Part shown: positions 9,057-18,366 of the stretch, one piece after another
Layout: each line of letters starts with the position of its first letter
How positions within the stretch are numbered: position 1 is the first letter of the stretch
Assembly (NCBI GenBank): GCA_021399345.1
Contig: JAAFKI010000145.1
Span: 1-25,937 of the forward strand
Origin: Candidatus Heimdallarchaeota archaeon
GTDB taxonomy: Archaea; Asgardarchaeota; Heimdallarchaeia; Heimdallarchaeales; Heimdallarchaeaceae
Direction of reading: 5' to 3'
Length of the DNA: 25,937 bases
The notes under the pieces: generated by a model
The model's input: only the letters and a program-made list of their open reading frames with translations
Databases searched by the model: none
Told to the model about the DNA's origin: nothing
Made by a program: the position numbers and the translations under genes

Positions 9057-10982
9057 GTGAAAAAAAGAACTATTATTTACTTTCTAATTTTAGTATTTGT
9101 TGTTAATACTAGTTTAGTTTCAGGAAAAGCTGATGTAGAAAATGAACCCTTCTTCACACTCATTTTGAAAACAAGTGGTTGGGGAGTAAAACCTGATTAT
9201 GGTTTGTTCATTGCAAATGATTTGCGAGAAATAGGAATTAATGTTGAAGTGAAAGTTCAGGAATGGTGGTACATCTATCCAATCTATCCACCTTATATCG
9301 GTGATTGGGATTTGTTCATTTTCAATTATTACTTCAGTCCGTTTGAACGTGCTTTAATGGCTCTTTATAGCGAAGAAGGTCTCGTTAATTTCTCTGGCCT
9401 AGGAAATGATTTACCTTATGGTATGGAAAGCGAAGACTTACTAGTTCGTATAAATGAAGAAGCTGATTTTGAAGCAAGACGAAATATTACCTATGAATGG
9501 CAGCAATTACTTATGGAAAAAATTTACCCTGTAATACCACTTTTTTCTCAAAGAATTTATACTGGAGTATGGGCTAATACTTTAGGTTATGATGAAGAAT
9601 GGGGGATGATAAACTCGCTCCCTTATATGAATTATGAAGGCTATCATGAAGGTCAAACTAACCTGGATGAACTTAATGTAGCTGATGCGAATTGGAAAGA
9701 TTTAAACCCGATTTTTTCAGATGATTTTTCAAGCTCCTATATCTGTGAATTATTAACCGAACCAATTATCCAGTTTTCTCCTGATTATTATCCGATGAAG
9801 ACAGGTTTAGTGGAAGATTGGGATATTATAAATAACACTCATTACAAATTCTATGTAAGAGATAATATTTTCTGGACCCCTTCATTCAATATAACTGGAA
9901 GAACAGCATCATCTCCAGAACTTGATGTAGCTTCAACTCCTCTCATGGTTGGACTTAATGGCGATTTAAGCAATGGTGTTAACCAGCAATTAAGTGCTAA
10001 AGATTTTGTTTTTACCATTTTAGCTCATAGTAGTATGATTTCAGAGGGAAAGATGAATTATGATTGGGTAAAAAATATCTATGTTGATTCTTCAAATGAA
10101 CTTGTTTTTCATATTGAGGTTGATGCGAACTCTACTACTGAAGCAATTGAACCATACGCTCATGTGCTCTCTGAGCTAGCAATTAGTTGTTTGCCTGAGT
10201 TCTTTTTGAATTCAACAGATCCATCAACATATTTTACAGAAAGTGGAATACCTTATTCTGGTCTTTTTCCGGAAATAGTTGAATCACCCCAATGGCAAAC
10301 ATTTAGTTACTCAGCATTTGGTACTGGTAAATTCATGTTAGATTATTTTGTAAAAAATTTAGTAACTGTCTTGCAAAGAAATCCTCATTGGTTTGGTGTA
10401 GGTGCGAAAGATGGCCAAACAGGACTGGTTCCTTTTGTGGATACTGTTAATATAAGAGTAATCCCTGATATTTCTGCTGAACTAGCTGAATTTCTAGCTG
10501 GTGAACTGGATTTTACAGGGTTATCAATGTTCCCCTCAACAAGAAAAGAAATGCAATCCGATCCACGTTTTATTGTAAATACAAAAATATCAAATATCAT
10601 TGAACTCTGCTCTATCAATTTGCGTAGACCTTATTTGGGAGGTGAAGATAATTTTATTTGGGCTAATCAAACATCTGATGAAAGTTATACTAAAGCTTTA
10701 GCTGTTAGGAAGGCAATTAGCTATGCAATAGATAGAAATGCAATGAATATATTGGAACATATACCTCTTCATCACCCATTCCCAGATACATATTACTCAA
10801 TGCAGTATGAGAATATAACAAGATATGATTATAATTTAGAAAAAGCATGGGAATGGATGAATAAAGCTGGTTACACATGGGAAACACACACTACCTTAGA
10901 TTTAGATTTTGAGCTTATTGCAGTAACTGTACTTTGCTTAATCCCAGTTTTCTCAAATCGGATGAAGAGAAGAAGAAAATGA
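9057..10982 (+). CDS. Family-5 (peptide/nickel, cluster C) ABC solute-binding protein, C-terminally membrane anchored
   Basis: Signal peptide; DLNP, SAKDFVFT, GTGKFML, LQRNPHW, GELD, VRKAISYAIDR, YDYNLEKA; hydrophobic C-terminal segment with KRRRK tail; GTG start. Confidence 0.88.
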   Translation: MKKRTIIYFLILVFVVNTSLVSGKADVENEPFFTLILKTSGWGVKPDYGLFIANDLREIGINVEVKVQEWWYIYPIYPPYIGDWDLFIFNYYFSPFERALMALYSEEGLVNFSGLGNDLPYGMESEDLLVRINEEADFEARRNITYEWQQLLMEKIYPVIPLFSQRIYTGVWANTLGYDEEWGMINSLPYMNYEGYHEGQTNLDELNVADANWKDLNPIFSDDFSSSYICELLTEPIIQFSPDYYPMKTGLVEDWDIINNTHYKFYVRDNIFWTPSFNITGRTASSPELDVASTPLMVGLNGDLSNGVNQQLSAKDFVFTILAHSSMISEGKMNYDWVKNIYVDSSNELVFHIEVDANSTTEAIEPYAHVLSELAISCLPEFFLNSTDPSTYFTESGIPYSGLFPEIVESPQWQTFSYSAFGTGKFMLDYFVKNLVTVLQRNPHWFGVGAKDGQTGLVPFVDTVNIRVIPDISAELAEFLAGELDFTGLSMFPSTRKEMQSDPRFIVNTKISNIIELCSINLRRPYLGGEDNFIWANQTSDESYTKALAVRKAISYAIDRNAMNILEHIPLHHPFPDTYYSMQYENITRYDYNLEKAWEWMNKAGYTWETHTTLDLDFELIAVTVLCLIPVFSNRMKRRRK

Positions 10983-10986
10983 GAAC

Positions 10987-12432
10987 TTACTCTTCAGTAG
11001 ATCTGACAGCTGGAGATGGTTGAATTTGCTCAGCATCAGGTAATATAATTTCCTTAAGTTCAGGCGTTTGAAAATCTTCAGTATCTTGAACCTGTTTCAT
11101 ATTTGTGAAGAACCATGAAATTGCTAAAACAGCAAATCCTCCAACAATCGACCCCCAAAAGACTGGTCTTATTGCATTAGCAGTTTCAGCTATTACACCT
11201 GCTAGAATCATTCCTAAAGGTGCTGAAATTTGAGCAAGAGTCTGTCTTACTGACATAACTCTACCCATTTTATCACTAGGAACAACAGTTTGCCAAATAA
11301 ATTGACTTGACAGATTCATCAGCGGTAAAGTTAATCCCATTATAAACATTCCAATTCCCATAAACCAGAACCAATTAACAGGCGTTAAAGAAATCATTAG
11401 AAATCCCAAATAACTAACGAATATCCCTCCTGCTACCCCTACTACTTTCTTCTCAAATCCTTTCCAGAAAACAAGTATCAATGATGATATAATCATACCT
11501 GCTTGAAAGAAAGCCATTGTGTAAGCTAGATGGGTTACATCACCTTGTAATGTAACATCAACATATAAGTTCATTAGAGTAAATAAAGGTGTTATAAACA
11601 AGTTAGCACCAGTGAAAACCCCAAGTAAAGCTAATAATCCTTTTTTGTTTCTGATAAAATTAATTCCTTCTTTGAAATCATACCAAAACTTCGTTTCTTT
11701 TACTTTTTTCTCAACTATTTTTGCAATTTCTGGAATTTTAACTATCAAAAGAGGGATTACTGCAAAAAGAAATGTACCCGCATCAATCCATAGTAAATCA
11801 GATATTTCAACATTTGGTATAGCGTACAACAAAGCTGCAACAACTGGACCTATAAGGAAAATTACGCTATTAGTAAGAAAATTAACGCTATTGAACCGAT
11901 TAAGAAGTTTTCTTGGAACCATTAAAGGTGTTATTGCTTGAATGGCTGGTCCTTGAAAAGCTTGAAACACACCTCTTACTGCCAAAACGGCTAATAATAC
12001 CCAGACTAACTCGAAGGGACCTTTACTAATTAGCATATCTCCTGGATCAGTATATCCAAACAATCGATTAATTCCACTAAGATTTAGTGCATGATTTGAA
12101 AATTGAAAAATCTCAAACTCAAACATAAAGAAGAAAATCATACCAACTGTTACTAAAGCTTGAAGAAAGTCTACTGAACCAATTAATTTCTTCCGTTTCC
12201 ACCTATCAACAAAAACCCCTGCAATTGGAGTAACAATGATCATGGGGAGAAATCCAGCAAGATTAGCATATGCTAAATATAATGCACTCTGTGTTCTAAC
12301 GGTTATCCACCAAATCATTACAAACTGAATGATAGATGAGCCTAATAGCGATACAAGTTGTCCTGACCAGAAGGTTAGATAGCCTTTGAGATTATATTCG
12401 CTATTATTTCCATTTTCAGCTAAACTAGTCAT
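10987..12432 (-). CDS. MFS transporter (macrolide efflux MefA / DHA3-like)
   Basis: FWSGQLVSLLGS, motif A GVFVDRWKRKK, FQGPA, DFKEGINFI, VPSDKMGRV; 12 transmembrane segments. Confidence 0.93.
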   Translation of the reverse strand: MTSLAENGNNSEYNLKGYLTFWSGQLVSLLGSSIIQFVMIWWITVRTQSALYLAYANLAGFLPMIIVTPIAGVFVDRWKRKKLIGSVDFLQALVTVGMIFFFMFEFEIFQFSNHALNLSGINRLFGYTDPGDMLISKGPFELVWVLLAVLAVRGVFQAFQGPAIQAITPLMVPRKLLNRFNSVNFLTNSVIFLIGPVVAALLYAIPNVEISDLLWIDAGTFLFAVIPLLIVKIPEIAKIVEKKVKETKFWYDFKEGINFIRNKKGLLALLGVFTGANLFITPLFTLMNLYVDVTLQGDVTHLAYTMAFFQAGMIISSLILVFWKGFEKKVVGVAGGIFVSYLGFLMISLTPVNWFWFMGIGMFIMGLTLPLMNLSSQFIWQTVVPSDKMGRVMSVRQTLAQISAPLGMILAGVIAETANAIRPVFWGSIVGGFAVLAISWFFTNMKQVQDTEDFQTPELKEIILPDAEQIQPSPAVRSTEE

Positions 12433-12448
12433 TTAAACTCTAACCTAA

Positions 12449-12519
12449 GTTTCTCTCTTGTTGGAGAAACATTTATAGTTTGTATATTTAAAGTTTCTCT
12501 GTGTTGGGAGAAACTTTAA
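12449..12519. promoter_or_regulatory. Twin palindromic operator GTTTCTC-N8-GAGAAAC
   Basis: Site 1 is 12449-12470. Site 2 core is 12493-12514, extending to perfect 12-bp arms TTAAAGTTTCTC/GAGAAACTTTAA (12488-12519). Both lie between the divergent MFS and regulator genes. Confidence 0.8.
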
Positions 12520-12566
12520 TAAACCTGAATGAGATTAATAACTTGCAATAAAAAATAGTTGGTTTT

Positions 12567-13262
12567 ATGAGTTTTGAAGATAAGCTTGATCCAGATTATG
12601 TTTGTGAAACTGTAGAAATAATTAAAGATCCTAGAAAGTATCAAATGTTAGAAGAGCCGAATTTAGAGCCAATTATTGTGGCATTACGTAAAGGTCCTAA
12701 AACTGTCAATGAATTGGAAATAGAATATAATGCTATTGTAAAAGAAAAGATACAAAAAATGAATCTAACACGTAAGGAGGAAGAAGTTTTAGAGAAGAAG
12801 ATGTTTAGACAAGCTAAAACGCTTTATAAATACATCAAAGTGCTTAAGGAAAACGGTTTTGTTGTTAAAGCAGGAAAACGTTATACCAAGAATCAAAGAG
12901 CTGCAGAAACTCTGTATGGGAGAACAGCTAAACTTTTCTTTCACATAGGAGGAAAGCAATCTTGGCTGGATTCTGAAACAATCAAACCTTCTCTAGAATT
13001 TATGTCTAAACTGTTAGGTATTATGAATCAAACTAAGAAACCATCAGTAAAGAAGCTTAGAGAGATTCTAATTTCAGTGGAAACCAAAGTAAATCAAGAT
13101 CTAGAGAATCTCTTCACTACTTTCTCTAAAGAAATTGCTGATATATCAGAGGATATTACTTATGAAAATTTTAAATTCCTCATATTCGGTTTAAATCTTA
13201 TACTTTTGATGAAGAATTATCCAGAATTTGAAGACGATTTGAAGAAAAGTAAAATTATTTAA
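12567..13262 (+). CDS. Winged helix-turn-helix transcriptional regulator (ArsR-like, with helical insertion)
   Basis: IIVALRKGPKTVNEL...KTLYKYIKVLKENGFVVKAGKR...ETLYGRTAK; divergent from the MFS gene. Confidence 0.8.
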   Translation: MSFEDKLDPDYVCETVEIIKDPRKYQMLEEPNLEPIIVALRKGPKTVNELEIEYNAIVKEKIQKMNLTRKEEEVLEKKMFRQAKTLYKYIKVLKENGFVVKAGKRYTKNQRAAETLYGRTAKLFFHIGGKQSWLDSETIKPSLEFMSKLLGIMNQTKKPSVKKLREILISVETKVNQDLENLFTTFSKEIADISEDITYENFKFLIFGLNLILLMKNYPEFEDDLKKSKII

Positions 13263-13286
13263 TTATCCTTGATAATATTGGTATGA

Positions 13287-13658
13287 ATGATAACTGGTGT
13301 GGATGTTGTCTTTATTCATGTTAAAGATCCAGTAAAAATGATGAAATGGTATAGTGAAGTACTTGAGTTAGAATCGGGTTTTTCAACTCCTGACTTACAT
13401 TGGCAAGAATTTACATTTCTTAAGAAAGCACCTTCTAGATTTGCTTTAGACTGCGTGAGTGAGAAACCTTCAGATGTAGAACAACAAAAGATAATGATTT
13501 CTTTTAAAGTAAAAGATTTGAAAGAATTCGTTGAGAAATTAGAATCTAAAGGAGTAAACTTCTATGGTTCTCAAAAAATAATTGATGCAGGACCAACACT
13601 ATTTGCGACCATCCAAGATATTGAAGGTAATTGGATACAATTATCTCAAAGGAAGTAG
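13287..13658 (+). CDS. VOC/glyoxalase family protein
   Basis: VFIHVKDP...KWYSEVL, ISFKVKDL, LESKGV, FATIQDIEGNWIQL. Confidence 0.92.
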   Translation: MITGVDVVFIHVKDPVKMMKWYSEVLELESGFSTPDLHWQEFTFLKKAPSRFALDCVSEKPSDVEQQKIMISFKVKDLKEFVEKLESKGVNFYGSQKIIDAGPTLFATIQDIEGNWIQLSQRK

Positions 13659-13765
13659 TAGATCCTTTTTCCATTTAGCTACAATTCTTTTTTGGAAATG
13701 TTGGAAATGACACAAGAAGTATTTTAAATGAGTAATCAAAATAAACCAAGAAAAGAGAGATTAAA

Positions 13766-14893
13766 ATGGTTGATATTATAGATTATCTGCTTTCTTTTGA
13801 TGCCACTATATTCTTTATAGCCCTTGGAATTTACAGCGGTTTTTTAGTAATAATGTTTCTAGGAACAAAATTTCTTCCTGGAATCAAAACACAAGGCGAA
13901 CAGCTAAAGGATGGTTCAAGGAAAGACTACAAATTGACAGGCTTAATGTTATTCATGATCTCAACTTTAACTGCTGTTTTAGTTTTTGTCTTAAATGAAA
14001 CTGTTTCTGCAAGATGGAATTTAACATATATAGCTCGAGCATTTTTTCCACTACTAATCATTGCAACTATTTTTTCATTTATATGGAGTCTTCTACTCTT
14101 CTTCTTGGGAAGACGAAAGCAAGGAGAGAGCAAAAGTAAAGGAGTAAAAGGGGTTTTGCATGATTTTTGGTTTGGACCAGAATTGAATCCAACATGGTGG
14201 GGAGTAGACCTCAAGATGTTTACTTATCAACCATCTCTAATTGGTCTTTCATTTATTAACTGGAGTTTTCTCTTTCTACAACTACAAGAATCGGGATATA
14301 TTTTACCACAAATGTGGATGTATCAGGGATTTTGGTGGTTCTATCTGTTTACCCATTATATTCTCGAAGAGTTCATGCTTACAACATGGGATATTATGGC
14401 AGAGAATTTTGGATTTATGCTAGTGTGGGGAGATTTAGTTTATGTCCCATTCTTCTATTCTATTGCAGGATGGTTTATTATAATTCAAACTGAAGCTTTC
14501 ACTATTTATCCAATTATTATCTTATGTCTAGCTTATTTTGTCTCAATCTGGATTTTTAGGGGATCCAATATACAGAAATTTAGATTCAAAAGAAATCCTA
14601 ATATCAGAATTTGGTTTAAGCCAGCTAAATCTTTAGAGGGAAAAATACTTATCTCTGGATTTTGGGGGATAGGTAGAAAACTAAACTATTCAGGAGAAAT
14701 ACTTACTTATCTTGTTATAACTTTAACAACAGGAATTTACTCCCCAATCCCCTTTATTCTCCCACTTTCATTATTAATTCTTCTTACTCATAGAGCATGG
14801 CGTGATGATAAGCGATGTAGGAAAAAATATGGAAAACTTTGGGAAGAATATTGCTTAATTGCAAAATATAAGATGATACCGAAAATATACTAA
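13766..14893 (+). CDS. ERG4/ERG24 family sterol reductase (Delta14-sterol reductase / LBR-like)
   Basis: DFWFGPELNP...DLKMF, TTWDIMAENFGFMLVWGDLVYVPFFYS, IFRGSNIQK, LISGFWGIGRKLNYSGE, HRAWRDDKRCRKKYGKLWEEYC...IPKIY. Confidence 0.92.
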   Translation: MVDIIDYLLSFDATIFFIALGIYSGFLVIMFLGTKFLPGIKTQGEQLKDGSRKDYKLTGLMLFMISTLTAVLVFVLNETVSARWNLTYIARAFFPLLIIATIFSFIWSLLLFFLGRRKQGESKSKGVKGVLHDFWFGPELNPTWWGVDLKMFTYQPSLIGLSFINWSFLFLQLQESGYILPQMWMYQGFWWFYLFTHYILEEFMLTTWDIMAENFGFMLVWGDLVYVPFFYSIAGWFIIIQTEAFTIYPIIILCLAYFVSIWIFRGSNIQKFRFKRNPNIRIWFKPAKSLEGKILISGFWGIGRKLNYSGEILTYLVITLTTGIYSPIPFILPLSLLILLTHRAWRDDKRCRKKYGKLWEEYCLIAKYKMIPKIY

Positions 14894-14904
14894 TTAGAAA
14901 GAAA

Positions 14905-15177
14905 TTAGAAGATAGTCCTATATGGGGGATTCTTTGCCATTTCTTTCAATTCTTCTTGGGTAGCTGTTGCCATGATATATGTTTTGATTCCCCCAATTAA
15001 GTTTCGAACATCATAGTCCCTTTGCAGAAGATTCATTTGAGATATATAAGCTCTAAAACCTTCTTGACAGAAAGCATAAATTGGTTTATCGTCTGGCAAT
15101 TCATCTAATCTTCTAAGTCTTGCTGCAGTCGAAGCTCCACCTGCAACACCACCTACAATAATAACTTTCTTTGACAT
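14905..15177 (-). pseudogene. Internally deleted CoA-disulfide reductase-rhodanese fusion
   Basis: The first 26 aa (KVIIVGGVAGGASTAARLRRLDE) are the CoADR FAD-binding start. They join directly to LPDDKPIYAFCQEGFRAY...VRNLIGGIKTY, the C-terminal half of the rhodanese domain. Confidence 0.8.
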
Positions 15178-15236
15178 GGTAATTCACTATGTTCATAGAT
15201 AATAAACAAAATCGTGAAGTAAATTTTATTTAAAAC

Positions 15237-16754
15237 TCAATCGTTTGTACGGTTTTTTCTTCTTTTAAGAAATGCTAAAATAAGAATAGAAATCCAGAGA
15301 GTATTTAGAAAAGTAACGTCATTTGTGGTAGTGTTTTCTGATTTAAACGCATAAATATCAATGGAATGTGCAGATCCATCAATTTCATATCCATTTTTAC
15401 CAGAAAAATCTGTCCAAAAGTTTCCTTCCTCAAGATTTGAATCAAACCATATATTCTGTTCTCCGTCGTCAAAAGCTTGGCTAAACCCATCTAGATTATT
15501 ATATACAAACTCATTGTGGTGTATTCTATTGAAATATGAATATTGATCTAGATAGACTCCATATTCAGTGTTTTCAAAGAAGTAGTTATAAGCTATAACT
15601 GAATCAGATGAATTTGTAGAATAGATGCCGTTAAACTTACTCTTTGAAATATAATTTTGTCCGATATAAATCTCATCCGATTTTCTAAGATATATCCCAT
15701 GAATGCCACTTGAAATTATATCATTACCCGAGATTAAAGCCTTTGAAACATAATTAAAAAATATGCCATCACAAGAACTTTCAGAAAAATTATTCTTCGA
15801 AGCCGTAACATAATCACTATTTTCTATATGTAAGTTGTAAACGATACTTCTAGAGCAAAAATTCTCCAAAACAGTAGCGTAATGAGAATAGTTCTCAATT
15901 TTGATTCCAACTTCTGTTCTATCAATAGTGTTGTTATAAATAAAACAGTATTGACTTTCTGAGCAAAGTATTCCCCCTTCAACTCTATCATAAATATAAT
16001 TTGTAGAAATCTCAGAATAATCACCTCTACTTATTGAAATCGCAATCTCATTAGGTGATGGTCCCAGATATCCTTGCATTGTTATTCTATTGTTACTTAT
16101 AATACTATTTGGACAACTACTGATACTTATACCTTGATCACATGCGTATAAAATGTTTGATTTCAATATTGTTCTAGCTAAATCATATCCTCCTACACAG
16201 TAAATACATGAAGTAAAATTGTTATTTTGAATTAAACACCCATCTGAATTGCGTAAAAACATAGCAATGCTAAACTTCTCAAAAGTGTTATTTTCGATTA
16301 TTACTTCTTCAGAGTATTTAATTTGTAAACCTGTATTTTCATAATACACCATATTCTTGAATGTATTAGATTCAACAACTGCTGTTCCTAAAGTAATATT
16401 TTCTAGATATATTCCATCATTATTTGCAACAAGTGTATTATTTGTAACAACAAAATATTTAGCTGTATTCTTAATGAATATCGAATATCCATTAGGTGAT
16501 ACATTGCTAAAAGCCATATTTTGTATTAAGTAAGGATTCTCTGAAGTACCGTTCCCTGGAAACCCATAGTCGATAAATCCAGAATCTGAAGTTATATATA
16601 TATTTATCAAAAATGAGAGTTTTTTTCCAGAATCTATTTGAACAGAACTCGAACCTGTACTAGAAAGAATCATTGTATATGATAATGAAAATATAAGAAT
16701 CATCAGAACGAATAATCGACTCAGTTTGAATTTTGTCAATCTACTCGTTCTCAT
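15237..16754 (-). CDS. Secreted right-handed parallel beta-helix (NosD/CASH-like) surface protein, paralogue 1
   Basis: Signal peptide, DYGFPGNGTSENPYLIQN, many I..N..GI repeats, GNFWTDF...YEIDG...DIY, C-terminal transmembrane segment plus KRRK. Confidence 0.88.
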   Translation of the reverse strand: MRTSRLTKFKLSRLFVLMILIFSLSYTMILSSTGSSSVQIDSGKKLSFLINIYITSDSGFIDYGFPGNGTSENPYLIQNMAFSNVSPNGYSIFIKNTAKYFVVTNNTLVANNDGIYLENITLGTAVVESNTFKNMVYYENTGLQIKYSEEVIIENNTFEKFSIAMFLRNSDGCLIQNNNFTSCIYCVGGYDLARTILKSNILYACDQGISISSCPNSIISNNRITMQGYLGPSPNEIAISISRGDYSEISTNYIYDRVEGGILCSESQYCFIYNNTIDRTEVGIKIENYSHYATVLENFCSRSIVYNLHIENSDYVTASKNNFSESSCDGIFFNYVSKALISGNDIISSGIHGIYLRKSDEIYIGQNYISKSKFNGIYSTNSSDSVIAYNYFFENTEYGVYLDQYSYFNRIHHNEFVYNNLDGFSQAFDDGEQNIWFDSNLEEGNFWTDFSGKNGYEIDGSAHSIDIYAFKSENTTTNDVTFLNTLWISILILAFLKRRKNRTND

Positions 16755-16793
16755 TAGTATTTAATTTACTTTTTTACTTATAATCTTTTACTC

Positions 16794-18323
16794 TTACAAA
16801 ACTCTCTTCAACCTTCTCTTTGAACTCTTAGAGTATCTCATTTTTCTTTTAGAACCTAGAAAGTAAATTGCTATAATAGTAATTGCGGAAAAGATAATTT
16901 CTGTTGAAGTTGATACATTGTTTGTATTTGTTGGTTTAGAAAATAAAGGGTAAATATCTACAGATCCAGCAGTACCGTCAATATAGTAATCTCCTTCACC
17001 TTCATAATCCATCCAAATATTTCCTTCTTTTTGAGTAAGATCGAACCATGTATTATTTTCTCCATTGTCACATGCTTGACTATAACCATCTAGGTTATTG
17101 TTATAGAATTCATTATGGTGAATAACATTGTTAGATGATTGTATATCAAAAAAAAGACCAAACTCTGAATTTAGATGAATATAATTATTAATAATAGTAG
17201 AATCATCTACATTATCACAATAAATTCCAGTAAGTTCATTTCTAGCTATATAGTTCTGACCTATAAAAACATCAGGACATGTAGAGAAATATAATCCATG
17301 ATATTCTGCACTTACTACATCATTATTTAGAAAAACAATTTTGGAGACATCATGAAAAATGACATTATGATAGGTACTTAGTGAGAAATTGTTCCTAGAA
17401 CATATAATATTTTCACAAGACTCTACAAATAAACTATAATATCGACTTTTCGCACATGTATTTTCTGTGAGAGTAATCTGATTGGAATTTGATTTAATTT
17501 CTATTCCTACACCTGCATCTTCAATGATGTTATTGTGAATTATATTGTTAGAACTCTCTGAAAGAAAAATTCCTACATCATAAGGAAATTCGAAATAGTT
17601 TGAAGAAATTTCTGAATATGTAGTTTCAGAGAAATAAACACCCGTATGATCATCAATATAATTGTTTTTAATTGAGATATATGAACTACCAGAAGTAAAT
17701 CTAACACTTCCTAGTAAATTGTGTTCGATATTGATATTATGAGATCCAACACCAAATAGACCACTGTGAATATCATTGTTATAAATATCTATATCTTCAC
17801 TCCACCAAAGCTCAATAGGTCTATAGCAATATATGAAATCGTTTTTCTCTATTCTTATTCCATTTGAAGACACAATACTTATTCCAATATTGGAATGAGG
17901 CCATGAAATATCTGAAAAGTCGAAAGTATTGTCTAAAATAACACCAGTTCCACTTGCAATATTATTTATATATATTGAATAGTTGTTATTTGCTGTTATT
18001 ATATTGTTTGAGATTACAAAAAATCTAGTTGTATTTTCTATGTGAATTGAAGACAGTGTAGTAGAATTCTCACTTAAAGTCATATCTTGTAGAAGATATG
18101 GGTCAGAATGTGTTCCATTCCCTGGAAAACCATAATCAATGAAATCTGAATCTTCATTAATATATATATAACTTATAGACGAAAGATTCAAATCTTGCTT
18201 TAATATCTGAATATTGTTTGTTGAATTAAAGATAAATTTAGAATTTAAAATAAAAAATGACACAATAAAGAATAGAACTATAAGCTCTCTTTTCTTAAAG
18301 GTCTTTACATTGATCATTTTCAT
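16794..18323 (-). CDS. Secreted right-handed parallel beta-helix (NosD/CASH-like) surface protein, paralogue 2
   Basis: Same architecture: DYGFPGNGTHSDPYL, GNIWMDY...YYIDG...VDIYP, transmembrane segment plus basic tail. The start may be ATG 18317. Confidence 0.88.
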   Translation of the reverse strand: MKMINVKTFKKRELIVLFFIVSFFILNSKFIFNSTNNIQILKQDLNLSSISYIYINEDSDFIDYGFPGNGTHSDPYLLQDMTLSENSTTLSSIHIENTTRFFVISNNIITANNNYSIYINNIASGTGVILDNTFDFSDISWPHSNIGISIVSSNGIRIEKNDFIYCYRPIELWWSEDIDIYNNDIHSGLFGVGSHNINIEHNLLGSVRFTSGSSYISIKNNYIDDHTGVYFSETTYSEISSNYFEFPYDVGIFLSESSNNIIHNNIIEDAGVGIEIKSNSNQITLTENTCAKSRYYSLFVESCENIICSRNNFSLSTYHNVIFHDVSKIVFLNNDVVSAEYHGLYFSTCPDVFIGQNYIARNELTGIYCDNVDDSTIINNYIHLNSEFGLFFDIQSSNNVIHHNEFYNNNLDGYSQACDNGENNTWFDLTQKEGNIWMDYEGEGDYYIDGTAGSVDIYPLFSKPTNTNNVSTSTEIIFSAITIIAIYFLGSKRKMRYSKSSKRRLKRVL

Positions 18324-18344
18324 ATAATTAATATACAGCTCTGC

Positions 18345-18366
18345 TAATAAATTCTATTCACATTTT
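18345..18366 (-). promoter_or_regulatory. Duplicated promoter block (BRE/TATA-like) upstream of paralogue 2
   Basis: AAAATGTGAATAGAATTTATTA on the - strand; 21/22 identical to 19905-19926. Confidence 0.6.
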
